DNA from: Cyanophora paradoxa CCMP329
Taxonomy: Eukaryota > Plantae > Glaucophyta
DNA length: 64,000 nucleotides
Direction: 5' to 3'
NCBI GenBank assembly: GCA_004431415.1
Contig: QPMI01000629.1
Location: 62,001 to 126,000, forward strand
Below the pieces are notes generated by a model. The model had not been told where the DNA came from, did no database searches, and saw nothing but the letters and a program-made list of their open reading frames with translations. Below, piece after piece: positions 26,311 through 38,500 of the stretch (the first letter of the stretch is position 1; the number at the start of each line of letters is the position of its first letter). Made by a program: the position numbers and the translations under genes.

Positions 26311-28241
26311 ATGGCCGGCGAGGCCAGCGCCGCGCCGGAGGCGCCCGGCAAGCAGCGCGGAAGGGTTGATAAGCATGCGGCACGACCTAGGGCACCCCGC
26401 GGCTCGAATCGGAGCACGAATCACATGCAGGCGATCATCGGATGCGGGACAAGCTTGGTGCGCAGAATCCCTCTCTACCGTTCGGCCCAGACGCTCAGCA
26501 TAGGTAGAGAACATCATATAACACCCGTACGCGCAAGACGGGAAGATCAGTAGAGAGGGATTTCATCAGCGAGGCTGCCGACGGGGACTATAGCTAGAAT
26601 CTGATTGGGACAGCCGCGCTGCGAACGGCCCCGCCTGCATAGCAGCACGGCTATAGCTAAGGTTTCCAGCCTATCCGCACGCCTAGAGCCCGCCGCGCGG
26701 GGCTCCTTCGGTCCCTTCCTCGGGAGAGCGCCGTTGAAACAGGAACCACGCACCCGCCGTCTTTCGCAGCCTTAGAGCGCTGCGAGGGGTCTTCTATTCG
26801 CACGTACATCACAACGCGCACGCTAGAAGCCCCGCGCGCAGGCCCCTCGCGCGTGCCGCCAACATTTCAAAGAGATTTGATCCGGTTTCTCCCTTGTGCA
26901 GATGCTAAGCGGGGCATCGTTCGCGGCCCCGAGGCCGCCTCGAGCGGCGTGGACGCTGCCGACGCCCTTCCCGACCCAGGCATGCCGCCGTGCCGCCGTG
27001 CCCCGTCGCCCGTGCCGCGAAAGTGACCCGCGCACCTCAGGGACAGGGCAGAGTGAGGATTCCGAGAACAGGGATCCACAGCAGTCTGCGGAGGGGAGCC
27101 CCGCGAGCAAGCGGCGGCGGTGGAGCGTCGCGGCGCCGGGAGGGGCGCTCGAGCTCGCGGCCGCCGCGGCCGCCGCCTCGCCCGCCCGCCGCAGCTGCAG
27201 CCCGTCCCGGGAGCCGTCCTCGTCCGCTCGCCCGACCGCCGCGTGCTGGGGACCTGCAGCCGACAGCCGAGCAGCAGCTGCAGCTGACTCTGCTGCCGAT
27301 GCCGCCGCCGCGCCAGCCGCCGTCGACGCCGTCGATGGCTCCGCCGCCGCCGCCGCGCCGCACCTCGATGCCCGACCCGGCGCAGCTGCAGCTGATGGTC
27401 GTCGAGCCGACGCCGATGCACGTCGATCCGCAGCCGCCGATGGCCCTCATGCCGCCGCCGCCGCGCCGCAGCGGCAAGCAGAAGCAGACCCTCCTGAAGG
27501 GCCCGTACGAGGCCCTAGGGCGAGTCCCGCCCGACGACCTGAAGAAGGATGGGCTACACATCTTCAAGCGCGGACACCAGACGCACCTGCAGCGGGCGCA
27601 GGACGAGAAGGCCGCGAAGAAGTCCAAACAGGCGAAGGAGGACGGCGTCTGCTTCGTCGGGAAGATCTCAGCGCGCGCATCGGAAGAGTTCGAGGAGGCA
27701 AGGAAGGTGCGGACCCGGGCTCGTCGCGAAGCACGCCCGCCCTGTCCGCGCTCACGCCCGCCCCGCGCAGGTCTACGGGGAGGTGAACAACGTCGAGATA
27801 ACGAGAAAGGAGTACGCGGAGATCCAAACCTCGATGTTCGCGAATCTCATCATGGAGTTCGGGAAGCTCAAGGAGACGAACACCCAGCTGAGGCATGAGA
27901 ATGCGGAGCTGCGGGGGCACCGCCAGGCGCCCCAGCTGCCCGCGCCCCCGCCCACCCGCGCCCACGGCGCCCACGGCTCGGCGACGCCGCCGTCGAGTCT
28001 CTGCCCGTCGCCCGATCCGCCACGGCTGCCGCTCCGCCCCTGCCCCGGTGCCGGCCGACGCTTCGCCCTCCGCCTCCACCCCGCCAGCTCCGCCTCCTCC
28101 AGCGCCGCCACCGCCGCCGGCTCCGCCTCCTCCAGCGCCGCCGCCGCCGCCGCCGCCGGCTCCGCCTCCTCCAGCGCCGCCTCCGCCCCGCCCGCCGCAC
28201 CACTTCGGGCCGCCGCCCCATCCGCCGTGAGCGCGCGGTAG
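26311..28241 (+). pseudogene. Hypothetical protein with coiled-coil segment; 5' part degraded
   Basis: Coding-like KQKQTLLKGPYEALGRVPPDDLKKDGLHIFKRG...EEARK, then an intron (gtgcgg...ccccgcgcag, ~27707-27770), then VYGEVNNVEITRKEYAEIQTSMFANLIMEFGKLKETNTQLRHENAELR. The upstream part (26380-26690) has in-frame TAG/TAA. Confidence 0.45.
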
Positions 28242-28555
28242 AGGAGCGCTGCTGCAGGAAGCGCGTTTCCCTTGCCATTCTGCGCGTAGCGAAGCGCCCC
28301 CATCATGCTGGGGGTCTGGAAAGGCTTCTGCGTCGTCAACGCCGCGCTGAAAGGCAACTTCGCGACGATTCCGCAGCCCATGTGCTTGTAGGACTTCTTT
28401 CCAAATAACACTGAAGAGCGCGAGCGCAGGAACGTCAGAAAGATGAGCGCAAGAACGTGGGCGCCGAAGCGGGCGACAGCGCCGACGGACCCGGCGGCGC
28501 CCGGGCACTCCCACGCACCGTCTTCGTGTCTAAACGCCATGTCGAGGTCCTCCAT
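27773..28555 (-). CDS. Hypothetical protein with LEEAE repeats, convergent with the plus-strand gene
   Basis: MEDLDMAFRHED, a plausible intron (gtgcgt...ctgac...ttcag), then VLFGKKSYKHMGCGIVAKLPF...AALEEAEP repeats. The 3' end is uncertain. Confidence 0.35.
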   Translation of the reverse strand: MEDLDMAFRHEDGAWECPGAAGSVGAVARFGAHVLALIFLTFLRSRSSVLFGKKSYKHMGCGIVAKLPFSAALTTQKPFQTPSMMGALRYAQNGKGNALPAAALLYRALTADGAAARSGAAGGAEAALEEAEPAAAAAAALEEAEPAAVAALEEAELAGWRRRAKRRPAPGQGRSGSRGGSGDGQRLDGGVAEPWAPWARVGGGAGSWGAWRCPRSSAFSCLSWVFVSLSFPNSMMRFANIEVWISAYSFLVISTLFTSP

Positions 28556-29686
28556 CGTGCTTGCTGCCAGGATCGTGCTTGCTGCCGGGCTGCCGCTTTG
28601 CTTGCGGGGGGGGTGCGATGTTGGCGGCCTGGGCGTGCGCCGGCGGGCCGCCCGCGCCTTCCGACCGATCTAGAGGCATGCTGATGGGTTCCGACCGCCT
28701 CGAGAAGCGCGCAGCGGCTTCGAAAGAGCCCGCCCGCACACGGCGTGGTGAGCAGCGACGCTCCGCCGCTTTCGTAGCGAGGGCCACCCGCCGCACTAGC
28801 TGTAGCCGGCTATAAGTGGCTGCAAGAGCATACTGAGCAACTTTGCCAGCGACAAGACTCCGGCCGGCCGGCTGTGTGACGCGTCCGGGCGCGCCGAAGG
28901 TGCGGTCGGCGGCGCGGGCCCCGGGGAGCTAGCTAGAGCGCCTAGCTGCCTGCCTAGTCCTACTGGTGTGCGCTCTGGGCTCTTCTGTCGTGCCGGTGCT
29001 CAAGTTCGGCGGTGCTCCGGCTGTTCGCGGTACTCCCCCCTAGACATCTGGATGACGATTGCGTGCGCCGATTTCGCTGCACGATATTTATATTCGATTT
29101 CCTTAAATCCCCCCATAGGGGCCCCTCCTGAGGGCACCTACCCGGCAACCCTCCCCTCAACGCTGCCCCCACCGTCCCCGCACCGTGCCCTATCGGTGCC
29201 CGCTCGGTGATTGGTCGGTGTCGCCTACTTCCCCTCTCATATATCATACGCATATATCTTAAGCTTCTACCGGGCTCGACCACTAGCGCACGCTCGCTCC
29301 TGTCACCGGCTATCGGTGCCCAATCGGTGCCCTGTCCGTGTCGCGTGCGTGCCCTTAGGAAGGAATCCTCCCCCCAGATCCAAACCCGGGTCTTCGGCTC
29401 ACGAACCAAGAATCCTAACCGCTGCGTTAAAATTGCCAGCGAAATCGGAAGTTCTCAAGCGGGTATTTATATGGTGGCACCCTGGAAAAATTTCAGTCCG
29501 CCCCGCGATGCAACGCGGCGCCCCAGCGAGCACTGCGAGCAACGCGGCGCATGCTAGATATCGCTAATATACCGCTGGAAAGGTCGAATTCAAGCTCGCA
29601 GTCGATCACCCCGAATTCGAAATTTTGGGATCACCATATGCATCGATCAAATTTTCGGTTGTTAGCCCCACGTAAACGGACAGCCG

Positions 29687-30430
29687 ATGCCCTCCCTGCC
29701 CCGGCAGTGGCCGGCACCCAAGCGCCCACGCCCTGTGCCCTCTCCCCCTTCCGCCCCCGCGCCCGCCCCGCCCACACCTACGGCGAAACGAAAGGCAACC
29801 GGACGCAAGAAGCGTATGACTAAAAAAGCGCGAACAGCGCCAATACCCGCGGGGCAGCCCCCCATCACGTCCCTCCTCGCGCCCGGCGTGTACAAACCCC
29901 TCATGGCGTCGCAAGCAGCCGGCCCGCCCCTCCCTCCCCCGCCCCAGCCGCCCACGCTAGAGGCTGCCCCTCGTCCCCCTCCGGCCTTTCCCCCGGGTCT
30001 CACCGGCCCCCATGTAACAGACCTCCCGCTGGCCTCGGCCACTCCTATGGCTTCGGCCACTCCTAGGGCCTCGGCCCCCCCACCGGCCTCGGCCACCTCC
30101 TCGGCTTCGGCCACTCCCCTGGCTTCGGCCAACCCTATGGCTCCGGCCACCCCCCTGGCTCCGGCCAACCCCCCCACTCCTCCTGACCCCTCCCGACCCC
30201 TCGCAACCCACCTCGCCTCCGCACTCCCAGCCCTCTGCGCTACCTGTCACTGTTCGCGCTCCCTCCACTCTGTTGTACCGGCTCCCCTCCCCACCCTACC
30301 CCGCATCCGCTGCCCCTCCCCTGCTGCCGCCTCCGCCCACTCCCTCTCCTTCCTCATATCCTCCTCCTACCACCTCCTTCACCTCGACACCACAGGGCAC
30401 GGACTAATCTGGGCCCTGGGGCGCAGGTGA
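29687..30430 (+). CDS. Pro/Ala-rich ORF with basic NLS-like segment; possibly the 5' end of a TE gene
   Basis: ATG after an AT-richer segment, KRKATGRKKRMTKK, and 18-bp ASATP repeats. No recognisable domain. Confidence 0.25.
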   Translation: MPSLPRQWPAPKRPRPVPSPPSAPAPAPPTPTAKRKATGRKKRMTKKARTAPIPAGQPPITSLLAPGVYKPLMASQAAGPPLPPPPQPPTLEAAPRPPPAFPPGLTGPHVTDLPLASATPMASATPRASAPPPASATSSASATPLASANPMAPATPLAPANPPTPPDPSRPLATHLASALPALCATCHCSRSLHSVVPAPLPTLPRIRCPSPAAASAHSLSFLISSSYHLLHLDTTGHGLIWALGRR

Positions 30431-30717
30431 GGAGGAGGGAGGAGGCGGAGAGAGGAGGAGGGGGGTGGCAGAGTGGCAGCAAGGGAGGGCGGAGGACTGC
30501 GAGACATTTGCCACCCAGACTCCAAGCTGGTTAAAAAAGGATATACCTGAGACTTCTGCACAGAACTAAGGCATTGTAAAGCGCACTACAGGCTCCAACA
30601 TCCAGAATAAAATAGCAGTTCCATGCAGGGGCCTAATTTTGAAGTCTCGTCAAAATGCCCCCTCGAGCACCCTCCCCCCTCCCACTTCCGGGTACCCTGG
30701 TGAGAACGAGGGGTGGG

Positions 30718-32405
30718 GACGGACCGGCCGCTCCTAGGGCCGCGTGGCGGGTTCCGGGTACGGCGCATGTACCCCCCGCTCTGGGCCTGCAGGCGGGCGA
30801 AGATCTCTCAAAGTCGAGCGAGAATTCGAAGGGAGCGAGGCGAGGGCGGACCGGCCGCTCCTAGGGCCGCGTGGCGGGTTCCGGGTACGGCGCATGTACC
30901 CCCCGCTCTGGGCCTGCAGGCGGGCGGGCAAAGATCTCTCAAAGTCGAGCGAGGAGGGAGCGGGGTGAGGCCGTACGCGTACGCCTACTGCCGCGGTTGC
31001 GATTGCGATCGAAAACGTGTAACGTCACCAGTGAATTTGCCCTGAGCCTCGGCGGCCTGCGCCGCGGCGCGCGAGCTTCAAGCCACGCGCTTGCAATCAG
31101 CTATGAGCGGTGCCATGGCCGATAAAGCAAAAATACACGCACGCGTACACGTGCTGTATTCGCGTTACAGGAATCTTACACCTTGTCTCGGCACATCTAC
31201 AGGGGGCCGCGGGCCGGTCAATCGCAGGTGGAGGCTGGTCGATCGAAATCAGAGCTTGGGGAGACGGCGAATCGACCGGTACCCGTTCCTAGAGGAAATT
31301 GGCGGGCTCCGGGTACGGGACCTGTAACCCGTGGGCGCTTTGGTATCGGGCGCTGGGCTTCGGCGGCGGCGGGAGGGGGCGGGGAGAGGAGGGGGTACGG
31401 ACGGGGGGGCGGGCATTGCCGCTCAAGGCCCGCCTGGTCGATTCCGGCTACGGCGCCTGTACCCCTTGTCGTCGACGGGTCTGCGCGCTCTCGGTGAGAA
31501 GAGGGAGTTGGCAAAAGCGTGAGGGGGTGGGGAAAGGAGGGGGTAAGGGCGAACCGAGCCTCGCCGCTTAAGGCCCGCCTGGTCGATTCCGGCCACGGGG
31601 CCTGTACCCGAGTTTGATTCTCGTTGGGAGAAAAGAGGCCAGCAGATGACAGTCGAGGCGTGGCGGCGGAGGAAGGGAGAAGGCAGTGTGTGAGAGAGAG
31701 GGGTACACAAACCGTGCCCGGAATCGACCACGCCGCCTAGAGCACGAGCTGCGCATGCGAGTTGATTGAGCGGTCCGGGCCGCCGAGTGAGAGGCGGGCG
31801 GAGAGCGCGAGAAGAGGGCGAGAGAGGGGTACACAAACCGTGCCCGGAATCGACCAGGCCGCCCCTAACGCAGGTCGACGTCAGCGGCTTAAGGAGACGG
31901 CAAATCGACCCGCGGCCGCTCTGAACTTCGAGCAAAGTGGCGGGTTCCGTACGGGACCTGTACCCCGCGTTTTGGCGCAGGAGGAGGCCGGTCGATCGAA
32001 ATCAGAGCTTGGGGAGACGGCAAAAATAGATTTACTGAAATCGACCTGGCCCACTCTAAGCGAACTTTGCGTACGCCCACGGCGCCGCGCGCGGCATGCA
32101 AATGCGCGGCTGCCGCAGTGCAGCGCTATAGCAGGCCGGAGGCCGGAGATCTAGTTCAGACCTCGCCTCGCTCCCTCCTCGCTCGACCTTGAGTGATCTT
32201 TGCCCGCCCGCAGGCCAGAGCGGGGGGTACATGCGCCGTACCCGGAACCCGCCACGCGGCCCTAGGAGCGGCCGGTCCGCCCTCGCCTCGCTCCCTTCTC
32301 GCTCGACCTTGAGTGATCTTGATTTAGCTTCGCCCGCCCGCAGGCCCAGAGCCGGGGGTACATGCGCCGTACCCGGAACCCGCCACGCGGCCCTAGAAGC
32401 GGCCG
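30718..32405. repeat. Inverted pair of ~130-bp dimers (30718-30962 vs 32161-32405) enclosing degenerate copies of the GGTCGATTCCGG motif
   Basis: ggaccggccgctcctagggccgcgtggcgggttccgggtacggcgcatgtaccccccg x2, with reverse-complement copies x2. Motif copies at ~31436, 31581, 31701 and 31827. Confidence 0.85.
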
Positions 32406-32519
32406 GCGGGGCATTCGCGTGCCAGCACGGGCGGCGAGCGAGCACGTGCTGCGCTGCTAGGGGCGCTCTCCACCTCGGGAACCTCTGGGTAGCCGTTAGA
32501 GAGGGGGTGCGAGTCAGTG

Positions 32520-35500
32520 ATAGATGAGGCGAGCGGCGGGGGGCAGGGGAAGCAAGGGCACGGACGGAAAGAGCCTGGCCGCTTATGGCCCGCCTGGTCG
32601 ATTCCGGCAACGGCGCCTGTACCCCTTCGACGGCTGCGGGGCTTAAGCCTGCGGGCTCTCAGTGAGACGAGACGCGGGGGGAGGGGTGCGGGTCGCGGGT
32701 AGGGGAAGGTACGACGGACCGAGGCTCGCTGCTTATGGCCCGCCTGGTCGATTCCGGCAACGGCGCCTGTACCCCCTCGGCGGCGCCCCTGCTGCGAGCC
32801 AGGCTGCGAGACGGACAGAACGCCGAGTGAGCGAGGACGGGGCGCGCGAGGGGGCGCGAGGGGGGTACACGGACCGTTGCCGGAATCGACCAAGATGCCC
32901 CTAGTGCGAGCTAGGGGCGAGGGGCGCGGGTCAGGATAGGGGAGGGTACGGACGGAAAGAGCCTGGCCGCTTATGGCCCGCCTGGTCGATTCCGGCAACG
33001 GCGCCTGTACCCCTTCGACGGCTGCGGGGCTTAAGCCTGCGGGCTCTCAGTGAGACGAGACGCGGGGGGAGGGGTGCAGGTCGCGGGTAGGGGAGGGTAC
33101 GACGGACCGAGGCTCGCTGCTTATGGCCCGCCTGGTCGATTCCGGCAACGGCGCCTGTACCCCCTCGGCCGCGCCCCTGCTGCGAGCCAGCTGCTGCGAG
33201 CCGTACGGGCCGTCGAGTGAGCGAGGGCGGGGCGCGCGAGGGCCGGGGACGCGAGGGGGGTACACGGACCGTTGCCGGAATCGACCAAGACGCCCCTACT
33301 GCGAGCCAGCTGCTGCGAGACGGACAGGCCGCCGATTGAGCGAGGGCGGGGCGCGCGAGGGCCGGGGACGCGAGGGGGGTACACGGACCGTTGCCGGAAT
33401 CGACCAAGACGCCCCTACTGCGGGCTAGCGCTGCGAGACGACCGGCCGCCGAGTGAGCGAGGGCGGGGCGCGCGAGGGGGCGCGAGGGGGGTACACGGAC
33501 CGTTGCCGGAATCGACCAAGACGCCCCTACTGCGAGCCAGCTGCTGCGAGACGGACAGGCCGTCGAGTGAGCGAGGGCGGGGCGCGCGAGGGCCGGGGAC
33601 GCGAGGGGGGTACACGGACCGTTGCCGGAATCGACCAAGACGCCCCTACTGCGAGCCAGCTGCTGCGAGACGGACAGGACGCCGAGTGAGCGAGGGCGGG
33701 GCGCGCGAGGGCGCGCGAGGGGGGTACACGGACCGTTGCCGGAATCGACCAAGACGCCTTTACTGCGAGCTTCGGGGGGCCGAGCCGCTGAATGAGGGTG
33801 GCCCTTCCCGCGCTGCTGCGGGGCCGTGAGCGTGCCGGCGCAGGCACCGAGCGAGCGCGGGCGGCGCTGCGGGGGGCGCGCACAAGCTCGGGGTTCAAAG
33901 GAAGGGTGCAGCGGAAGGCGTTGCAGAACCCGCCCAAAATTCGAAGCGCCGAGGGGAGCACGAGTCAGTGCTCACGGCGGACGGCTTGGCCGCGGGCGGG
34001 GTGCATAGTGGGCGCCACAGCTCGAACTTCGCGCCAGAGAGCTCGTCTGGCCGATACCGACCACGGCGCCTGTACTCCTCGACGGGCCTGACTCAGTGAC
34101 GGAGCTCTCGATTAGATGAGGCGAGCGGCGCGGGGCAGGGGAAGCAAGGGTACGGACGGAAAGAGCCTGGCCGCTTATGGCCCGCTTGGTCGATTCCGGC
34201 AACGGCGCCTGTACCCCCTCGACGGCTGCAGGGCTTAATTATAAGCCTGCGGGCTCTCGGCCGCGGTGTAACGAGACGCGGGGGGAGGGGTGCAGATCGG
34301 GATAAGGGAGGGTACGACGGACCGAGGCTCGCTGCTTATGGCCCGCCTGGTCGATTCCGGCAACGGCGCCTGTACCCCCTCGGCGGCGCCCCTGCTGCGA
34401 GCCAGCTGCTACGAGCCGTACGGGCCGTCGAGTGAGCGAGGGCGGAGCGCGCGAGGGCCGGGGGCGCGAGAGGGGTACACGGACCGTTGCCGGAATCGAC
34501 CAAGACGCCCCTACTGCGGGCTAGCGCTGCGAGGCGAGACGACCGGCCGCCGAGTGAGCGAGGCGGGGCGCGCGAGGGCCGGGGACGCGAGGGGTACACG
34601 GACCGTTGCCGGAATCGACCAAGACGCCCCTACTGCGAGCCAGCTGCTGCGAGACGGACAGGCCGTCGAGTGAGCGAGGGCGGGGCGCGCGAGGGCCGGG
34701 GGCGCGAGGGGGGTACACGGACCGTTGCCGGAATCGACCAAGACGCCCCTACTGCGAGCCAGCTGCTGCGAGACGGACAGGCCGTCGAGTGAGCGAGGGC
34801 GGGGCGCGCGAGGGCCGGGGGCGCGAGGGGGGTACACGGACCGTTGCCGGAATCGACCAAGACGCCTTTACTGCGAGCTTCGGGGGGCCGAGCCGCTGAA
34901 TGAGGGTGGCCCTTCCCGCGCTGCTGCGGGGCCGTGAGCGTGCCGGCGCAGGCACCGAGCGAGCGCGGGCGGCGCTGCGGGGGGCGCGCACAAGCTCGGG
35001 GTTCAAAGGAAGGGGTGCAGCGGAAGGCGTTGCAGAACCCGCCCAAAATTCGAAGCGCCGAGGGGAGCACGAGTCAGTGCTCACGGCGGACGGCTTGGCC
35101 GCGGGCGGGGTGCATAGTGGGCGCCACAGCTCGAACTTCGCGCCAGAGAGCTCGTCTGGCCGATACCGACCACGGCGCCTGTACTCCTCGACGGGCCTGA
35201 CTCAGTGACGGAGCTCTCGATTAGATGAGGCGAGCGGCGCGGGGCAGGGGAAGCAAGGGTACGGACGGAAAGAGCCTGGCCGCTTATGGCCCGCTTGGTC
35301 GATTCCGGCAACGGCGCCTGTACCCCCTCGACGGCTGCAGGGCTTAATTATAAGCCTGCGGGCTCTCGGCCGCGGTGTAACGAGACGCGGGGGGAGGGGT
35401 GCAGATCGGGATAAGGGAGGGTACGACGGACCGAGGCTCGCTGCTTATGGCCCGCCTGGTCGATTCCGGCAACGGCGCCTGTACCCCCTCGGCGGCGCCC

Positions 35501-38500
35501 CTGCTGCGAGCCAGCTGCTACGAGCCGTACGGGCCGTCGAGTGAGCGAGGGCGGAGCGCGCGAGGGCCGGGGGCGCGAGAGGGGTACACGGACCGTTGCC
35601 GGAATCGACCAAGACGCCCCTACTGCGGGCTAGCGCTGCGAGGCGAGACGACCGGCCGCCGAGTGAGCGAGGGCGGGGCGCGCGAGGGCCGGGGACGCGA
35701 GGGGGTACACGGACCGTTGCCGGAATCGACCAAGACGCCCCTACTGCGAGCCAGCTGCTGCGAGACGGACAGGCCGTCGAGTGAGCGAGGGCGGGGCGCG
35801 CGAGGGCCGGGGCGCGAGGGGGGTACACGGACCGTTGCCGGAATCGACCAAGACGCCCCTACTGCGAGCCAGCTGCTGCGAGACGGACAGGCCGCCGAGT
35901 GAGCGAGGGCGGGGCGCGCGAGGGCCGGGGGCGCGAGGGGGGTACACGGACCGTTGCCGGAATCGACCAAGACGCCCCTACTGCGAGCTTCGGGGGCCGA
36001 GCCGCTGAATGAGGGTGGCCCTTCCCGCGCTGCTGCGGGGCCGTGAGCGTGCCGGCGCAGGCACCGAGCGAGCGCGGCGGCGCTGCGGGGGGCGCGCACA
36101 AGCTCGGGGTTCAAAGGAAGGGGTGCAGCGGAAGGCGTTGCAGAACCCGCCCAAAATTCGAAGCGCCGAGGGAGCACGAGTCAGTGCTCACGGCGGACGG
36201 CTTGGCCGCGGGCGGGGTGCATAGTGGGCGCCACAGCTCGAACTTCGCGCCAGAGAGCTCGTCTGGCCGATACCGACCACGGCGCCTGTACTCCTCGACG
36301 GGCCTGACTCAGTGACGGAGCTCTCGATTAGATGAGGCGAGCGGCGCGGGCAGGGGAAGCAAGGGTACGGACGGAAAGAGCCTGGCCGCTTATGGCCCGC
36401 TTGGTCGATTCCGGCAACGGCGCCTGTACCCCCTCGACGGCTGCAGGGCTTAATTATAAGCCTGCGGGCTCTCGGCCGCGGTGTAACGAGACGCGGGGGG
36501 AGGGGTGCAGATCGGGATAAGGGAGGGTACGACGGACTGAGGCTCGCTGCTTATGGCCCGCCTGGTCGATTCCGGCAACGGCGCCTGTACCCCCTCGGCG
36601 GCGCCCCTGCTGCGAGCCAGCTGCTACGAGCCGTACGGGCCGTCGAGTGAGCGAGGGCGGAGCGCGCGAGGGCCGGGGGCGCGAGAGGGGTACACGGACC
36701 GTTGCCGGAATCGACCAAGACGCCCCTACTGCGGGCTAGCGCTGCGAGGCGAGACGACCGGCCGCCGAGTGAGCGAGGGCGGGGCGCGCGAGGGCCGGGG
36801 ACGCGAGGGGGTACACGGACCGTTGCCGGAATCGACCAAGACGCCCCTACTGCGAGCCAGCTGCTGCGAGACGGACAGGCCGTCGAGTGAGCGAGGGCGG
36901 GGCGCGCGAGGGCCGGGGGCGCGAGGGGGGTACACGGACCGTTGCCGGAATCGACCAAGACGCCCCTACTGCGAGCCAGCTGCTGCGAGACGGACAGGCC
37001 GTCGAGTGAGCGAGGGCGGGGCGCGCGAGGGCCGGGGGCGCGAGGGGGGTACACGGACCGTTGCCGGAATCGACCAAGACGCCTTTACTGCGAGCTTCGG
37101 GGGCCGAGCCGCTGAATGAGGGTGGCCCTTCCCGCGCTGCTGCGGGGCCGTGAGCGTGCCGGCGCAGGCACCGAGCGAGCGCGGGCGGCGCTGCGGGGGG
37201 CGCGCACAAGCTCGGGGTTCAAAGGAAGGGGTGCAGCGGAAGGCGTTGCAGAACCCGCCCAAAATTCGAAGCGCCGAGGGGAGCACGAGTCAGTGCTCAC
37301 GGCGGACGGCTTGGCCGCGGGCGGGGTGCATAGTGGGCGCCACAGCTCGAACTTCGCGCCAGAGAGCTCGTCTGGCCGATACCGACCACGGCGCCTGTAC
37401 TCCTCGACGGGCCTGACTCAGTGACGGAGCTCTCGATTAGATGAGGCGAGCGGCGCGGGGCAGGGGAAGCAAGGGTACGGACGGAAAGAGCCTGGCCGCT
37501 TATGGCCCGCCTGGTCGATTCCGGCAACGGCGCCTGTACCCCTTCGACGGCTGCGGGGCTTAAGCCTGCGGGCTCTCAGTGAGACGAGACGCGGGGGGAG
37601 GGGTGCAGGTCGCGGGTAGGGGAGGGTACGACGGACCGAGGCTCGCTGCTTATGGCCCGCCTGGTCGATTCCGGCAACGGCGCCTGTACCCCCTCGGCCG
37701 CGCCCCTGCTGCGAGCCAGCTGCTGCGAGCCGTACGGGCCGTCGAGTGAGCGAGGGCGGGGCGCGCGAGGGCCGGGGACGCGAGGGGGGTACACGGACCG
37801 TTGCCGGAATCGACCAAGACGCCCCTACTGCGAGCCAGCTGCTGCGAGACGGACAGGCCGCCGATTGAGCGAGGGCGGGGCGCGCGAGGGCCGGGGACGC
37901 GAGGGGGGTACACGGACCGTTGCCGGAATCGACCAAGACGCCCCTACTGCGGGCTAGCGCTGCGAGACGACCGGCCGCCGAGTGAGCGAGGGCGGGGCGC
38001 GCGAGGGGGCGCGAGGGGGGTACACGGACCGTTGCCGGAATCGACCAAGACGCCCCTACTGCGAGCCAGCTGCTGCGAGACGGACAGGCCGCCGAGTGAG
38101 CGAGGGCGGGGCGCGCGAGGGCGCGCGAGGGGGGTACACGGACCGTTGCCGGAATCGACCAAGACGCCTTTACTGCGAGCTTCGGGGGGCCGAGCCGCTG
38201 AATGAGGGTGGCCCTTCCCGCGCTGCTGCGGGGCCGTGAGCGTGCCGGCGCAGGCACCGAGCGAGCGCGGGCGGCGCTGCGGGGGCGCGCACAAGCTCGG
38301 GGTTCAAAGGAAGGGTGCAGCGGAAGGCGTTGCAGAACCCGCCCAAAATTCGAAGCGCCGAGGGGAGCACGAGTCAGTGCTCACGGCGGACGGCTTGGCC
38401 GCGGGCGGGGTGCATAGTGGGCGCCACAGCTCGAACTTCGCGCCAGAGAGCTCGTCTGGCCGATACCGACCACGGCGCCTGTACTCCTCGACGGGCCTGA

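Larger units (their letters stand above)
26055..29243. repeat. ~116-bp direct repeat pair (26055-26170 / 29127-29243) bracketing two degraded genes
   Basis: cctgagggcacctacccggcaaccctcccctcaacgctgccccc...gtcgcctacttccctctcatata is nearly identical at both sites. Confidence 0.85.
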
